Assembly (NCBI GenBank): GCA_027050205.1
Contig: JALUCS010000104.1
Location: 19,711-83,710, forward strand
DNA from: a candidate division WOR-3 bacterium
Lineage (GTDB): Bacteria > Hydrothermota > Hydrothermia > LBFQ01
DNA length: 64,000 bases
Reading direction: 5' to 3'
Shown: piece after piece, positions 19,852 through 29,309 of the stretch
Layout: every line of letters starts with the position of its first letter
Numbering within the stretch: the stretch's first letter is position 1
The notes under the pieces: model-generated
Told to the model about the DNA's origin: nothing
Databases searched by the model: none
What the model saw: only the letters and a program-made list of their open reading frames with translations
Made by a program: the position numbers and the translations under genes

Positions 19852-21008
19852 CGTCCGATGTATCTGGTCCCGCACCCCAATATCACCCTCCCCCGTTTAG
19901 GTGTGGTCTTCCTCCCGGCCTCATCGTAGTATCTACAGGGGACTTTGGAGGTGTCCGAACGTTCAAGCTTGGAGTTGTCGTCCAGCCTTAAGAGGGCGAC
20001 GGAGGGTCTGCCGGAGATATCCGTAGTGTGGGCTATGTAGAGTTCCCCGTTGTACAGGGCCGCCACCGGATAGTAGAAGTTTCCGGTAGGCGGGAGGTAG
20101 TCGTCCAGCGGAAAGTCGCTCCAGAGGTTCAGGTCTTCCGTTTGGAACATCCTTAGCCTGAAACGACCCGTGGAGTTGTCCGACCATATGACGTACGTTG
20201 GTATCCCTGCAACCACATCCACGTTGGTGACCCTGCCCACGTTCTCCGCCAACTTGCTACAGGAGAATCGGAGGGAAGTATCGGATACGCATACGACCAC
20301 ACTCCGGTTTTCCTTTGGCCCCGACACCCCGGCCACGACCACCCTACCCCCTACGAACCCTATGTCGTAGGGCGCCCCCGACGATAGGACCTCGCCGTAA
20401 TGCCACCTTGTGCCGTCGTACCTTAGGACGTACCCTCCGCCCTCCAAGTCCCACGCTGCCGCCAGGATATACATATCCCCATTCGGGGCCTTGAAGATTG
20501 GGGAGTTGTGGGCGATGTAAGGGGTGCGGACGACCCCGATTGAGAAGTTTGGGAGGCCGATGGGGAGTCTGTAGAACTGTATCTCCGGCCCCGATATCTC
20601 ATAAACGAAGGTCAGGTACAGGGTATCATCCGAGAGGAGGAGGGCAGGCTCGTCCTCTTTGAATTCGCTGGAATCTACGACCAGAACGGTGTTCCAGGTC
20701 CCCCCGCCGTCGTAGGAGACGTTGACCGTGATGGCCGAATCGCCGAAGTGGTAGTACCCCACGTATAGGGTATCCCCGTAGCAGGCTATACTGCTCTCGG
20801 AACCGTGGCTGTCCCCAGCGATTGAGAGGGTGTCGTCGGTAATATTCCACAGGTAGAGCCTCCTCTCCGGACACCCGCCGTGGTAGAGGAGGTACAACTT
20901 CCCGTTGCAGGTGAGGAGGGTCCTCGGTTGATAGTCGCTCTCAAAGGGTCCGAAACCGTCGGCGTATGTGGAGGTGTAGTTGCACGCTCCGAACACGAGG
21001 TAGAGCAT
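19848..21008 (-). CDS. Secreted BNR/Asp-box beta-propeller with short T9SS-like CTD
   Basis: SYDGGGTW Asp-box; C-terminal YYDEAGR...R; TAAAAT 21018-21023. Confidence 0.7.
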   Translation of the reverse strand: MLYLVFGACNYTSTYADGFGPFESDYQPRTLLTCNGKLYLLYHGGCPERRLYLWNITDDTLSIAGDSHGSESSIACYGDTLYVGYYHFGDSAITVNVSYDGGGTWNTVLVVDSSEFKEDEPALLLSDDTLYLTFVYEISGPEIQFYRLPIGLPNFSIGVVRTPYIAHNSPIFKAPNGDMYILAAAWDLEGGGYVLRYDGTRWHYGEVLSSGAPYDIGFVGGRVVVAGVSGPKENRSVVVCVSDTSLRFSCSKLAENVGRVTNVDVVAGIPTYVIWSDNSTGRFRLRMFQTEDLNLWSDFPLDDYLPPTGNFYYPVAALYNGELYIAHTTDISGRPSVALLRLDDNSKLERSDTSKVPCRYYDEAGRKTTPKRGRVILGCGTRYIGR

Positions 21009-21915
21009 AAGTTTAGAATTTTAACGGATGGTAATTCGTTGGGTGTGCGGTACCCAACGGAGATCGCCTGCAGGTTTTCCTATGACTTTACAGACGCTAC
21101 CGATTCCAATTCATAAATCTGCCCTCTGAATTCCGAAAGTTAAAATCTCCGCCATAAATTACCAAAATCCCCTTACCGGGATACGACGCTTACAGACTAA
21201 GTCTCCGACTCCTACGGGGTGGTACGACGGACCGTCTGTAGATTTGAACGGATTGCACTAGTGAGGTGGTATTCGGGTTTCTGGGTAATTGAAGGTCCCC
21301 TTTACGGGAGGCGGACCTACGCCAACGCATTGGAGGGGACGAATATTTCCCCATCTCAAGAAAGTGTTTATGATTTTGTGAAATGGATTCAAAATTTCAA
21401 GAGATTGCTGGCAAACCTTCGCCGTCTAGGACGGACCGCCCAATGCCGTTCAAAATTTGTTGAGATGCGAGCGTAAGCTTCCTGACGTTCAAATTTCTGC
21501 TTTGAAGGTGTATTGTCTTAATTGGGGTGAGGAATTCTACCAATAAAATGCCGATTACTCTACAGCCTCATCAAACGGATGGAAAATGGTGTCAGGGAAC
21601 TATACCCTATGCGAACTTGGACGGCGGGTAGGTATCCTCTCAACCATGTGAATGCGACGTCAGATAGTCTATCCCCTACCGGTGTCATTTTGTGTAGTAA
21701 ATTTTAGGTTTTAACCGAAGTTTTATACATTTTTACTAATTGCCACAAAATATGCGAGAAATAGTGTATCCTGCCCGTATTTAGGCGTCGCTGGACGACC
21801 CCGAAGAAATTCTCCGGACAAGGGCCGAAGCACGCGGTCATAGGGATTAATAAGGGATTAGTAAGGCCCAGCGAGGGGTATCGGTACGCCCCCGGTACTA
21901 TCCGACCCCCATCCG
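21009..21915. repeat. AT-rich non-coding island D; degenerate repeat at 21462-21510, 11-bp tandem at 21842-21863
   Basis: No credible CDS; GTTCAAATTT...TTTGAA shared with island B. Confidence 0.65.
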
Positions 21916-22902
21916 TTATATCTCCGGCATACGGGGGAATATCCGCCGTACGGTCTCCCAGTTATCCACCATCCACTCCACCGTTCTCCTTAGGCCCTCC
22001 TCAAGGGGTGTGGTCGGTTCCCAACCCAGCTCCCTGCGGATCTTACTGACGTCCGCCTTGGTTATGGGCAGGTCGGCCCGGTTGAAGGGGTACCTCTTGA
22101 GGTTTATCCTCCTGCCCGTGTATCTCTCCACCGTGGAGATGACAGCGTTCAGGGGGTGGTCCATCTCGTTCCCGACGTTGAATAGGGAGTATCCTTTTAT
22201 ACTCCCATATGCCAGATAGGTGGCCTCGGCTACGTCGTCTATGTACGTGAAGCTCCTCCTCTGCGTACCGTCGCCGTACAGGGGGAATTCCTCGCCGGAC
22301 AGGGCGGAGTATATCAACTTGAAAACGCTCATATCCGGCCTTCCCTTTGGGCCATAAACGGTGAAGTACCTAAGGACGGTGGCCTCTATGCCGTAGAGGT
22401 GGTGGTAGGTGTATAGGAGGTTCTCCGCCGCCTTCTTACTGACGGCGTAGGGAGATATGGGCCTGTCGGTCTTCATATCCTCACGGAAAGGGGCGGGGTG
22501 GCCGGCGTATATGGAGGAGGTTGAGGCCATCAGGATCTTCCCAATCCCCCTCTCCCGCATAACCTCAAGGATCCTCAAGGTCCCCAGGGTGTTGGTCCTG
22601 AAGTACGCCTCCGGGTCCCTTATGCTCGCCCTGACCCCAGCCTTCGCCCCTATGTGGAGTATCCCCTCAATATCCGGGGTTATGACACTGCGGAGGAACT
22701 CGCTATCTACGAAGTCCCCCTCGTAGAAGGTGAAGGACGGATGATCCTTGAGGTCTTCAAGGCGGAGGAGTTTGTACTCCCTCGGATAGTAGGGATCAAA
22801 GTTGTCTATGCCAACGACCTCGTACCCCCTCCTAAGGAACTCCTCCGCAACTTTACTCCCTATGAAACCGGCTGCGCCTGTTATAAGTACCTTTCGGGAC
22901 AT
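21916..22902 (-). CDS. NAD-dependent epimerase, UDP-glucuronate 4-epimerase-like
   Basis: TGAAGFIG, AKAGVR, STSS, YAVSK, RYFTVYGPKGRPDM. Confidence 0.92.
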   Translation of the reverse strand: MSRKVLITGAAGFIGSKVAEEFLRRGYEVVGIDNFDPYYPREYKLLRLEDLKDHPSFTFYEGDFVDSEFLRSVITPDIEGILHIGAKAGVRASIRDPEAYFRTNTLGTLRILEVMRERGIGKILMASTSSIYAGHPAPFREDMKTDRPISPYAVSKKAAENLLYTYHHLYGIEATVLRYFTVYGPKGRPDMSVFKLIYSALSGEEFPLYGDGTQRRSFTYIDDVAEATYLAYGSIKGYSLFNVGNEMDHPLNAVISTVERYTGRRINLKRYPFNRADLPITKADVSKIRRELGWEPTTPLEEGLRRTVEWMVDNWETVRRIFPRMPEI

Positions 22903-22927
22903 GTAAGTGGGGGATTGTACGGTGGGA

Positions 22928-23224
22928 TCAGAGGCGGAGTTTGTCCGCCCACGTACCTACCAACGGTAGAGGCTCAACCTTGCCGGTTAGGGCCTGAAGC
23001 ATCCCGAAGGCGGTCAGGTAGAGGAGGAAGACCAGTCCCAGGGGGGCGAGGACCGCCCAACCTACGAGGGGGACGAACCGCCAAACGAAGAGCCAGACCA
23101 ACCATAGGGTGGAGAGGACGAAACCCTGCCGAATGTGAAAGATTACGAACTTATCTTTGGGCAGGAAGAGGATAAGGAGGAACAGAAAGGGAACGTAGGA
23201 TAAGGCGGCCAGAATGCGGCTCAA
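22928..23224 (-). CDS. Small membrane protein, DUF4870-like
   Basis: LAALSY...FVIFHIRQG...LPLVG pattern. Confidence 0.75.
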   Translation of the reverse strand: MSRILAALSYVPFLFLLILFLPKDKFVIFHIRQGFVLSTLWLVWLFVWRFVPLVGWAVLAPLGLVFLLYLTAFGMLQALTGKVEPLPLVGTWADKLRL

Positions 23225-23478
23225 GTTTTCCTACCTATGGGGGACAGGAACCGTACGAATCTGCCTTCGGTATCCGGTGCGAGGGCGTATATGTCGGGAT
23301 AGGTTTCCCCTACCTCATCTTCACGGAGGGGGGAGTACCCCTCGGCCACGGAGAGTAGAGGCTCCACGTCTGGTACCTCCTCAAGGACGGAGACGAACTT
23401 CAAAATACTCTTGAAGTCTTCGGCTAAACCCTCGTCGGCCTCAAGGCGGGCGAGATGGGCTACCTTCCTTACGTCCAA
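23221..23478 (-). CDS. gatC: Glu-tRNA(Gln)/Asp-tRNA(Asn) amidotransferase subunit C
   Basis: VRKVAHLARLE, IL.FV..L, VEPL, LRED, LAP; TTG start. Confidence 0.85.
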   Translation of the reverse strand: MDVRKVAHLARLEADEGLAEDFKSILKFVSVLEEVPDVEPLLSVAEGYSPLREDEVGETYPDIYALAPDTEGRFVRFLSPIGRKT

Positions 23479-23479
23479 A

Positions 23480-23551
23480 CTGGGGCGGGAGGACTCGAAC
23501 CTCCACTACCAGATCCAAAGTCTGGTGTGCTACCGATTACACCACGCCCCA
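23480..23551 (-). tRNA. tRNA-Gln (anticodon UUG), CCA not encoded
   Basis: TGGGGCG/CGCCCCA acceptor stem; CCAGA-CTTTGGA-TCTGG anticodon arm; GGAGG-TTCGAGT-CCTCC T arm. Confidence 0.97.
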
Positions 23552-23581
23552 AAGGCTGGAATTATAACCCCGTTTTGCGTC

Positions 23582-24883
23582 TCACCGGAGAACGACCACC
23601 CTGCTGCCACCCCTCCACTTAACCAGATAAACCCCGGCCTTCCCTACCCACGCTCCACCTCTGCGCACCTCTCCAACGAGACGGCCGGCGGAGTCGTATA
23701 TCCTCGCATCCTCATCAGCCTCTATCCTCCTGCCTTCAACCCTAAGGCCGAATCTCTCCTTCTTCCCCCTCTCCTCAACGGCAGTACCGAAGCGGTCAAG
23801 TATGAAGCCCTGAAATAGGCCCGTGGCGGAGTTGTAGCCGTAGCCTACGATGAACCGCCCGTTGGGAGAGATACCGTACGCTTCAATTAGCACGGAGGAG
23901 CCAAGGATGGAGGAGTACATCTCGTTCAGATCCCTCATACCGCTGTCCGGTGTCCATACGAAGGCTGCAGAGCTAAAACCTACGGGCAATTCAAAGAACG
24001 GACGGTAGAACCGGCCGGTTTTCGGCTTCAGCTTCATTTTTCCGTTGTACGTAGGAAGGGCCGATGATCCCACCACCATATCACCGCTGTCGGATACACT
24101 GTTGGCAGCCGCCCCATCTCCTCCGAGGGTGCCGAGGTCCATCACGCTACCGTCGGCGTGCCAGAGAACAGCGCGCACAGAACCGGTGGAGTCCTCGGAT
24201 CTCCCAACTAAGACGGAGCCGTCGTAGGAGACGTCAGATACGATGTTGAAGTTCCCTCCGAGCTGCGTCAGAAGCGTTAATGTCCCACTATCCGGCACCC
24301 ACCTGTAGTCAAGGTCAGCCGTGTCGTTCCAGACGTCCACACCTACGACCATGCCGTTGCCCGATACGGCGTTAGCGGAAGCAAAGGATCCCGGAATGTA
24401 TAGGGTGTCCGTCATAACGCCGTTTATCATCCTCCAGGCGTACCCAGAGGTGGAGTCTATCACTGTCTCCCCTACTATTATACTATCCCCAGCAGCGCTG
24501 CATACGAAGCTGTTCGGCGGTATCTCGGGTATCACGACGGCCCCGCTGTCCCTCGTCCACTTGAAGACGTAGTAGTTCCCGTCCGAGGAGTCGGCGTATC
24601 CGAGGGCGAACCTACCTTCGGGGTCTACGTAGCACACCATACCCTCATTCACGGCGAAGCCGGGGCGGACGAGGGAGATCATACCTGAATCAGGAGTCCA
24701 GATGAACGGGAGATAGGTCGTGTAGCCAGATGCGTACCAGTATCGGCCACCGGCGAGGTTTCCGTCGTTGGATATGGCTATCACGTCGTTCGTGTCCATA
24801 CCGGGTGATGAGAGCCAGACGATGCTCTGCGCGTACGCAGGTATTACCCAAAAAATTGAGACAAGCGATAGAAACCTCCTCAT
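23582..24883 (-). CDS. HAF-repeat extracellular beta-propeller with T9SS-like CTD, copy 1
   Basis: DLGTLGG...ANSVSDSG.MVVG repeats; signal peptide AYA/Q; CTD IYDSAGR...GVYLV...VVVLR. Confidence 0.88.
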   Translation of the reverse strand: MRRFLSLVSIFWVIPAYAQSIVWLSSPGMDTNDVIAISNDGNLAGGRYWYASGYTTYLPFIWTPDSGMISLVRPGFAVNEGMVCYVDPEGRFALGYADSSDGNYYVFKWTRDSGAVVIPEIPPNSFVCSAAGDSIIVGETVIDSTSGYAWRMINGVMTDTLYIPGSFASANAVSGNGMVVGVDVWNDTADLDYRWVPDSGTLTLLTQLGGNFNIVSDVSYDGSVLVGRSEDSTGSVRAVLWHADGSVMDLGTLGGDGAAANSVSDSGDMVVGSSALPTYNGKMKLKPKTGRFYRPFFELPVGFSSAAFVWTPDSGMRDLNEMYSSILGSSVLIEAYGISPNGRFIVGYGYNSATGLFQGFILDRFGTAVEERGKKERFGLRVEGRRIEADEDARIYDSAGRLVGEVRRGGAWVGKAGVYLVKWRGGSRVVVLR

Positions 24884-24913
24884 GGCAGGGGTATTATAAC
24901 CCCGTTTTGCGTC

Positions 24914-26218
24914 TCACCGGAGAACGACCACCCTGCTGCCGCCCCTCCACTTAACCAGATAAACCCCGGCCTTCCCTACCCACGCTCCACCTCTGCGCAC
25001 CTCTCCAACGAGACGGCCGGCGGAGTCGTATATCCTCGCATCCTCATCAGCCTCTATCCTCCTGCCTTCAACCCTAAGGCCGAATCTCTCCTTCTTCCCC
25101 CTCTCCTCAACGGCAGTACCGAAGCGGTCAAGTATGAAGCCCTGAAATAGGCCCGTGGCGGAGTTGTAGCCGTAGCCTACGATGAACCGCCCGTTGGGAG
25201 AGATACCGTACGCTTCAATTAGCACGGAGGAGCCAAGGATGGAGGAGTACATCTCGTTCAGATCCCTCATACCGCTGTCCGGTGTCCATACGAAGGCTGC
25301 AGAGCTAAAACCTACGGGCAATTCAAAGAACGGACGGTAGAACCGGCCGGTTTTCGGCTTCAGCTTCATTTTTCCGTTGTACGTAGGAAGGGCCGATGAT
25401 CCCACCACCATATCACCGCTGTCGGATACACTGTTGGCAGCCGCCCCATCTCCTCCGAGGGTGCCGAGGTCCATCACGCTACCGTCGGCGTGCCAGAGAA
25501 CAGCGCGCACAGAACCGGTGGAGTCCTCGGATCTCCCAACTAAGACGGAGCCGTCGTAGGAGACGTCAGATACGATGTTGAAGTTCCCTCCGAGCTGCGT
25601 CAGAAGCGTTAATGTCCCACTATCCGGCACCCACCTGTAGTCAAGGTCAGCCGTGTCGTTCCAGACGTCCACACCTACGACCATGCCGTTGCCCGATACA
25701 GCGTTGGCAGACGTCGTGAATCCTGGAGGGTATAGGGTGTCCATCATAACGCCGTTTATCATCCTCCAGGAGAACCACAGGTATGTGGTCGTATCAAGGG
25801 TTGAGCCTACGATTATACTGTCCCCAGCAGCGCTGCATACGAAGCTGTTCGGCGGTATCTCGGGTATCACGACGGCTCCGCTGTCCCTCGTCCATTTGAA
25901 GATGTAGAACTTCCCGTCCGAGGAGTCGGCGTATCCGAGGGCAAACCTACCTTCGGGGTCTACGTAGCACACTGCACCCTCATTCATACCAAAGCCGGAT
26001 CGGGCGAGGGAGATCATACCTAAGTCCGGCGTCCAGATGAACGGGAGATAGGTCGTGTAGCCGGATGCGTACCAGTACCGGCCTCCGGCGAGGCTTCCGT
26101 CGTTGGATATGGCTATCACATCGTTCGTATCCATACCGGGTGATGAGAGCCAGACGATGCTCTGCGCGTACGCAGGTACTACCCAAAAAATTGAGACAAG
26201 CGATAGAAACCTCCTCAT
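24914..26218 (-). CDS. HAF-repeat extracellular beta-propeller with T9SS-like CTD, copy 2
   Basis: Identical to copy 1 from SANAVSG to the C-terminus; patchy differences in the N-terminal 40%. Confidence 0.88.
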   Translation of the reverse strand: MRRFLSLVSIFWVVPAYAQSIVWLSSPGMDTNDVIAISNDGSLAGGRYWYASGYTTYLPFIWTPDLGMISLARSGFGMNEGAVCYVDPEGRFALGYADSSDGKFYIFKWTRDSGAVVIPEIPPNSFVCSAAGDSIIVGSTLDTTTYLWFSWRMINGVMMDTLYPPGFTTSANAVSGNGMVVGVDVWNDTADLDYRWVPDSGTLTLLTQLGGNFNIVSDVSYDGSVLVGRSEDSTGSVRAVLWHADGSVMDLGTLGGDGAAANSVSDSGDMVVGSSALPTYNGKMKLKPKTGRFYRPFFELPVGFSSAAFVWTPDSGMRDLNEMYSSILGSSVLIEAYGISPNGRFIVGYGYNSATGLFQGFILDRFGTAVEERGKKERFGLRVEGRRIEADEDARIYDSAGRLVGEVRRGGAWVGKAGVYLVKWRGGSRVVVLR

Positions 26219-26239
26219 GGCAGGGGTATTATAACCCCG

Positions 26240-27412
26240 TTATACGAACTCCGGCTCTATCTGTACGGTTTGCTTAAGGTAGTCGTAGGCCTTCCTTATG
26301 AGGTAGCGGCTCCGAAGCTCCTCGTACTTCCCCCTCTTCTTGGCCTCCTCAAGGAACTTCTCCGGGTTGGCCTCCCCCTCCTCCTTCAGGTACTGCACTA
26401 TCTCCTCGTCCGTTATGTCTAGTCCCTTCTCCTCTATGACCTTGAGGATGATCAGGTCGCGGGCCACTATGAAGGCGGCGTTCTGAATAGCGACCTCTTC
26501 CACCTCCTCCGGGGCCACCTGCTCTTCTATCTGGGGCTTGATATCCTTATAGACCCTAAGGACGAGGGAAGGGGGCGGATCAAACGGGGCGAGGCGGAGG
26601 ATCTCCTGAATTATGGCGTTCTCAAGCTCGTACTCGGCCTGCTTCTGGGCCTCCTCTATCAGTTCCTCCCTTATCTTCTCCCTCATCTCCTCCGGTGAGG
26701 TGTAGCCGAGAAGCTCCGCCAATTCCTCGTCCGACGGGTACTGAACCTCAAGCACCTTCTTTATGACGTACACTTCCTCCTCTCCCTCCTCCTCACCGGG
26801 GAGTACGACCTCGTCCCCCACCTTCTTACCGAGGATGGCGTTGTACAGCTCCTCATCCAGTTCGTCTGCCCGGACGTATATCCTTGCCCTCCTCCTCGTT
26901 CCCTCTTCGCCGTCCTTCCGAGTGAAGAACTCCGCCAGGACCACGTCCCCCTCCCTTACCTCCCGGTCTACGCTCTGGAGGGTAGCGTTCTCCTCCTTGA
27001 ACTCCTGTATCCTCTCCTCAACGTCGGCGTCCGTTATCTGCTTTATGCGTTTCTTGACCCTTATCTGGCTTAGGTCGGGGAGGAATATCTCCGGATAGAT
27101 CTCAAACTCAACCGTGAACTCGTAGGCGTCCTCCCCCTCACTCTTGGCCTTCACCCTCGGCGAGGATATGAGGTGCCAACCCCTCTCCTCAACGAGTTTC
27201 TTGACCTCCTCGTTCAGGGCCTCTATAACCGCCTCCTCCTCTATCTCCTCGGCAAACCTACGCTTTATCAGGGAGATAGGGGCCTTTCCGGGCCGGAACC
27301 CCGGCATCTTCACCCTCCGGGCGAGCCTGCGGGCGACCTTATCCCTGTACTTTTCAAGCTCCTCCTTGGGTATGACTATCTTCTCTTCCTTTACGGACTT
27401 CCTCTCTTCCAT
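26240..27412 (-). CDS. tig: Trigger factor
   Basis: PGFRPGKAP ribosome-binding motif; FEIYP; shortened FKBP-like middle domain; TAGAAT 27421-27426. Confidence 0.9.
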   Translation of the reverse strand: MEERKSVKEEKIVIPKEELEKYRDKVARRLARRVKMPGFRPGKAPISLIKRRFAEEIEEEAVIEALNEEVKKLVEERGWHLISSPRVKAKSEGEDAYEFTVEFEIYPEIFLPDLSQIRVKKRIKQITDADVEERIQEFKEENATLQSVDREVREGDVVLAEFFTRKDGEEGTRRRARIYVRADELDEELYNAILGKKVGDEVVLPGEEEGEEEVYVIKKVLEVQYPSDEELAELLGYTSPEEMREKIREELIEEAQKQAEYELENAIIQEILRLAPFDPPPSLVLRVYKDIKPQIEEQVAPEEVEEVAIQNAAFIVARDLIILKVIEEKGLDITDEEIVQYLKEEGEANPEKFLEEAKKRGKYEELRSRYLIRKAYDYLKQTVQIEPEFV

Positions 27413-27479
27413 AAGCGGCTATTCTACTGGAGAAAGTCAGGTGGAAAGACGGGGCGCTTTGGCCTTAAAATACCTGTTG

Positions 27480-29255
27480 ATGGTTATACTCTTCGTATCG
27501 CAGTCGGTTTCACAGAGTGATTGGTCGGGGGGACCGGGGGTATGCGGTCCCGTCTCAACGTGGGGAAACACCTTCTGCTCGGCCGACTCCTCCGCCTTCT
27601 ACGAGTTTCCGGGGAAACTGCGATTGAAGGGCGTATTCCGGACGCTTGAGGAGTACCTCGTAGATGGGAGTATGGGCGGGTACGACAACAACCCCGATAT
27701 TGTGGATCTGGATCTGGACGGAGACAAGGACCTACTCGCTGCGAACGAGCCTTCCCCCGATGCCCTGTACTGGTACGAGAATGCCGGATGCGGTAGTTTT
27801 ACGAGATACACCATAGACAACCCCTACAGTCCCGACGAGGTGGTGGCCTTTGACTGGAGAGGGGACGGGGATTTGGACGTACTCCTGTCCTCCTATCCCA
27901 GCGAGGACCTCATCCTCTACGAGAACGACGGTGCGATGGGTTTCACCAAGGTGGTGGTGGACGGCGACGTGTATCCTCCGGCCTCGCAGAGCCAGGGGGT
28001 GGCCGTCGGGGATCTGGACGGCGATGGGGACTACGACCTCGTCGCCACTACCATAGGGGGAGGCTCAATTCACTGGTACGAGCAGCAGTACCCTAACTGG
28101 GTAAAGCACACCCTTATGACAGGCCAAGGGGACTCCTACGACGTGGAGGTGGCCGACTTTGACGGGGATGGGGATCTGGACATAGTGCAGGCCGCCCGGA
28201 CGGAGGTCTATCTGTTTGAGAACGACGGGTCAGGGAACTTCACAGCCCACACCATAGACGGTACGACTTCCTTCGCCTTCAACCTGACCGTCGGCGACCT
28301 TGACGGCGATGGCGACCCGGACGTGGCCTTGACCGACGAGGGAGCCGGAAGCGTGATCCTCTACAGGAACGATGGGGGACTCACCTTTACGAGGATAGTG
28401 ATAGACAACACCCTCACCTCCCCCTACGGCATAGAGAAGGGGGATCTAGAACCGGACGGGGACTTGGACCTGATAGTGGCCGACAAGTTCGCCCAGAGGG
28501 TCCATATCTACCTCAACGACGGCTCCCTCGGTTTCACCAAGACGACTCCCGCCATACCCAACCGCCACTACTTCGGCGTGGGGATAGGGGACCTCAACGG
28601 CGACGCCTCCCCGGACATCCTCGTTAGGGCCGGACTCCCGACCGCCCACGAGGGCCTCTGGTGGTACAAGACCGTCCTCAAGTACGAGCCTACGGCTACC
28701 CTGACCTCCTCTATCTTGGACGCCGGCGTATATAGGAGGTGGCTCCAGGTACAGGTGTCCTTCTCCAACTGTAACCCCTCCGCACCGGGGAAGGAGATAC
28801 ACGTCTATGTTAGGGCCTCACGCTACGGCTCCTCTTGGACGACTTGGATAGGGCCTTACGTCTTTACGGGTAGTGGAAGCAGGAACTTGAACGACCCCTC
28901 CATACCGGGTTCAGACACGTTTGCGGTTGAGAGTTTCCGGTACCTGCAGTACAGGGTGGAGCTGTATGCGAACGCGGACTCTACCCTGACGCCGATATTG
29001 GACGAGATAGTCTTCACGTACGACCCCCTCGGTAATGGGGGAGACCTGGCGGTAGGTGAGGCCGGGGAAGGTAAGTACGGAGTGAGGTTGGAGGGGAGGG
29101 TACTGAAGGTGAGGGGCAGGGGTGAGGTAAGGGTGATAGGTGTGGATGGTAGGGTGGTGGCCGAGGGGGTAGAGGAGGTGGTCGTAAGGCTGAAGCCGGG
29201 GGTCTACGGGGTATCCATTGAGGGCCGACCCGTAAGGTACATCGTGGTGAGGTAA
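27480..29255 (+). CDS. FG-GAP/VCBS repeat secreted protein with T9SS-like CTD
   Basis: Repeated GDLDGDGD.DL / YENDG motifs; start moved from 27144 to 27480 (TAAAAT 27466-27471). Confidence 0.85.
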   Translation: MVILFVSQSVSQSDWSGGPGVCGPVSTWGNTFCSADSSAFYEFPGKLRLKGVFRTLEEYLVDGSMGGYDNNPDIVDLDLDGDKDLLAANEPSPDALYWYENAGCGSFTRYTIDNPYSPDEVVAFDWRGDGDLDVLLSSYPSEDLILYENDGAMGFTKVVVDGDVYPPASQSQGVAVGDLDGDGDYDLVATTIGGGSIHWYEQQYPNWVKHTLMTGQGDSYDVEVADFDGDGDLDIVQAARTEVYLFENDGSGNFTAHTIDGTTSFAFNLTVGDLDGDGDPDVALTDEGAGSVILYRNDGGLTFTRIVIDNTLTSPYGIEKGDLEPDGDLDLIVADKFAQRVHIYLNDGSLGFTKTTPAIPNRHYFGVGIGDLNGDASPDILVRAGLPTAHEGLWWYKTVLKYEPTATLTSSILDAGVYRRWLQVQVSFSNCNPSAPGKEIHVYVRASRYGSSWTTWIGPYVFTGSGSRNLNDPSIPGSDTFAVESFRYLQYRVELYANADSTLTPILDEIVFTYDPLGNGGDLAVGEAGEGKYGVRLEGRVLKVRGRGEVRVIGVDGRVVAEGVEEVVVRLKPGVYGVSIEGRPVRYIVVR

Positions 29256-29309
29256 GACCCCACGCGGATGGACCTACAGGGGTATAATAGGAGACCAAGG
29301 AGGACGAGC

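Larger units (their letters stand above)
23561..26241. repeat. Tandem duplication (units 23561-24892 and 24893-26227) bounded by three copies of ATTATAACCCCGTT
   Basis: 14-mer at 23561, 24893 and 26228; unit lengths 1332 and 1335 bp. Confidence 0.95.

Noticed and set aside
23582..26218. HAF paralogs as a diversity-generating retroelement TR/VR pair
   Set aside because: Differences are not adenine-specific, include synonymous changes and an indel, lie at the N-terminus, and no reverse transcriptase is present.
23480..26241. Integrative element at tRNA-Gln
   Set aside because: The repeat lies 5' of the tRNA and does not duplicate its 3' end; no integrase.
27144..27479. Upstream extension of the FG-GAP ORF (likewise 2415, 29268, 47656, 51790, 52548, 62287 starts)
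   Set aside because: Extensions overlap neighbouring genes or promoters; -10/SD position and family N-termini support the downstream starts.
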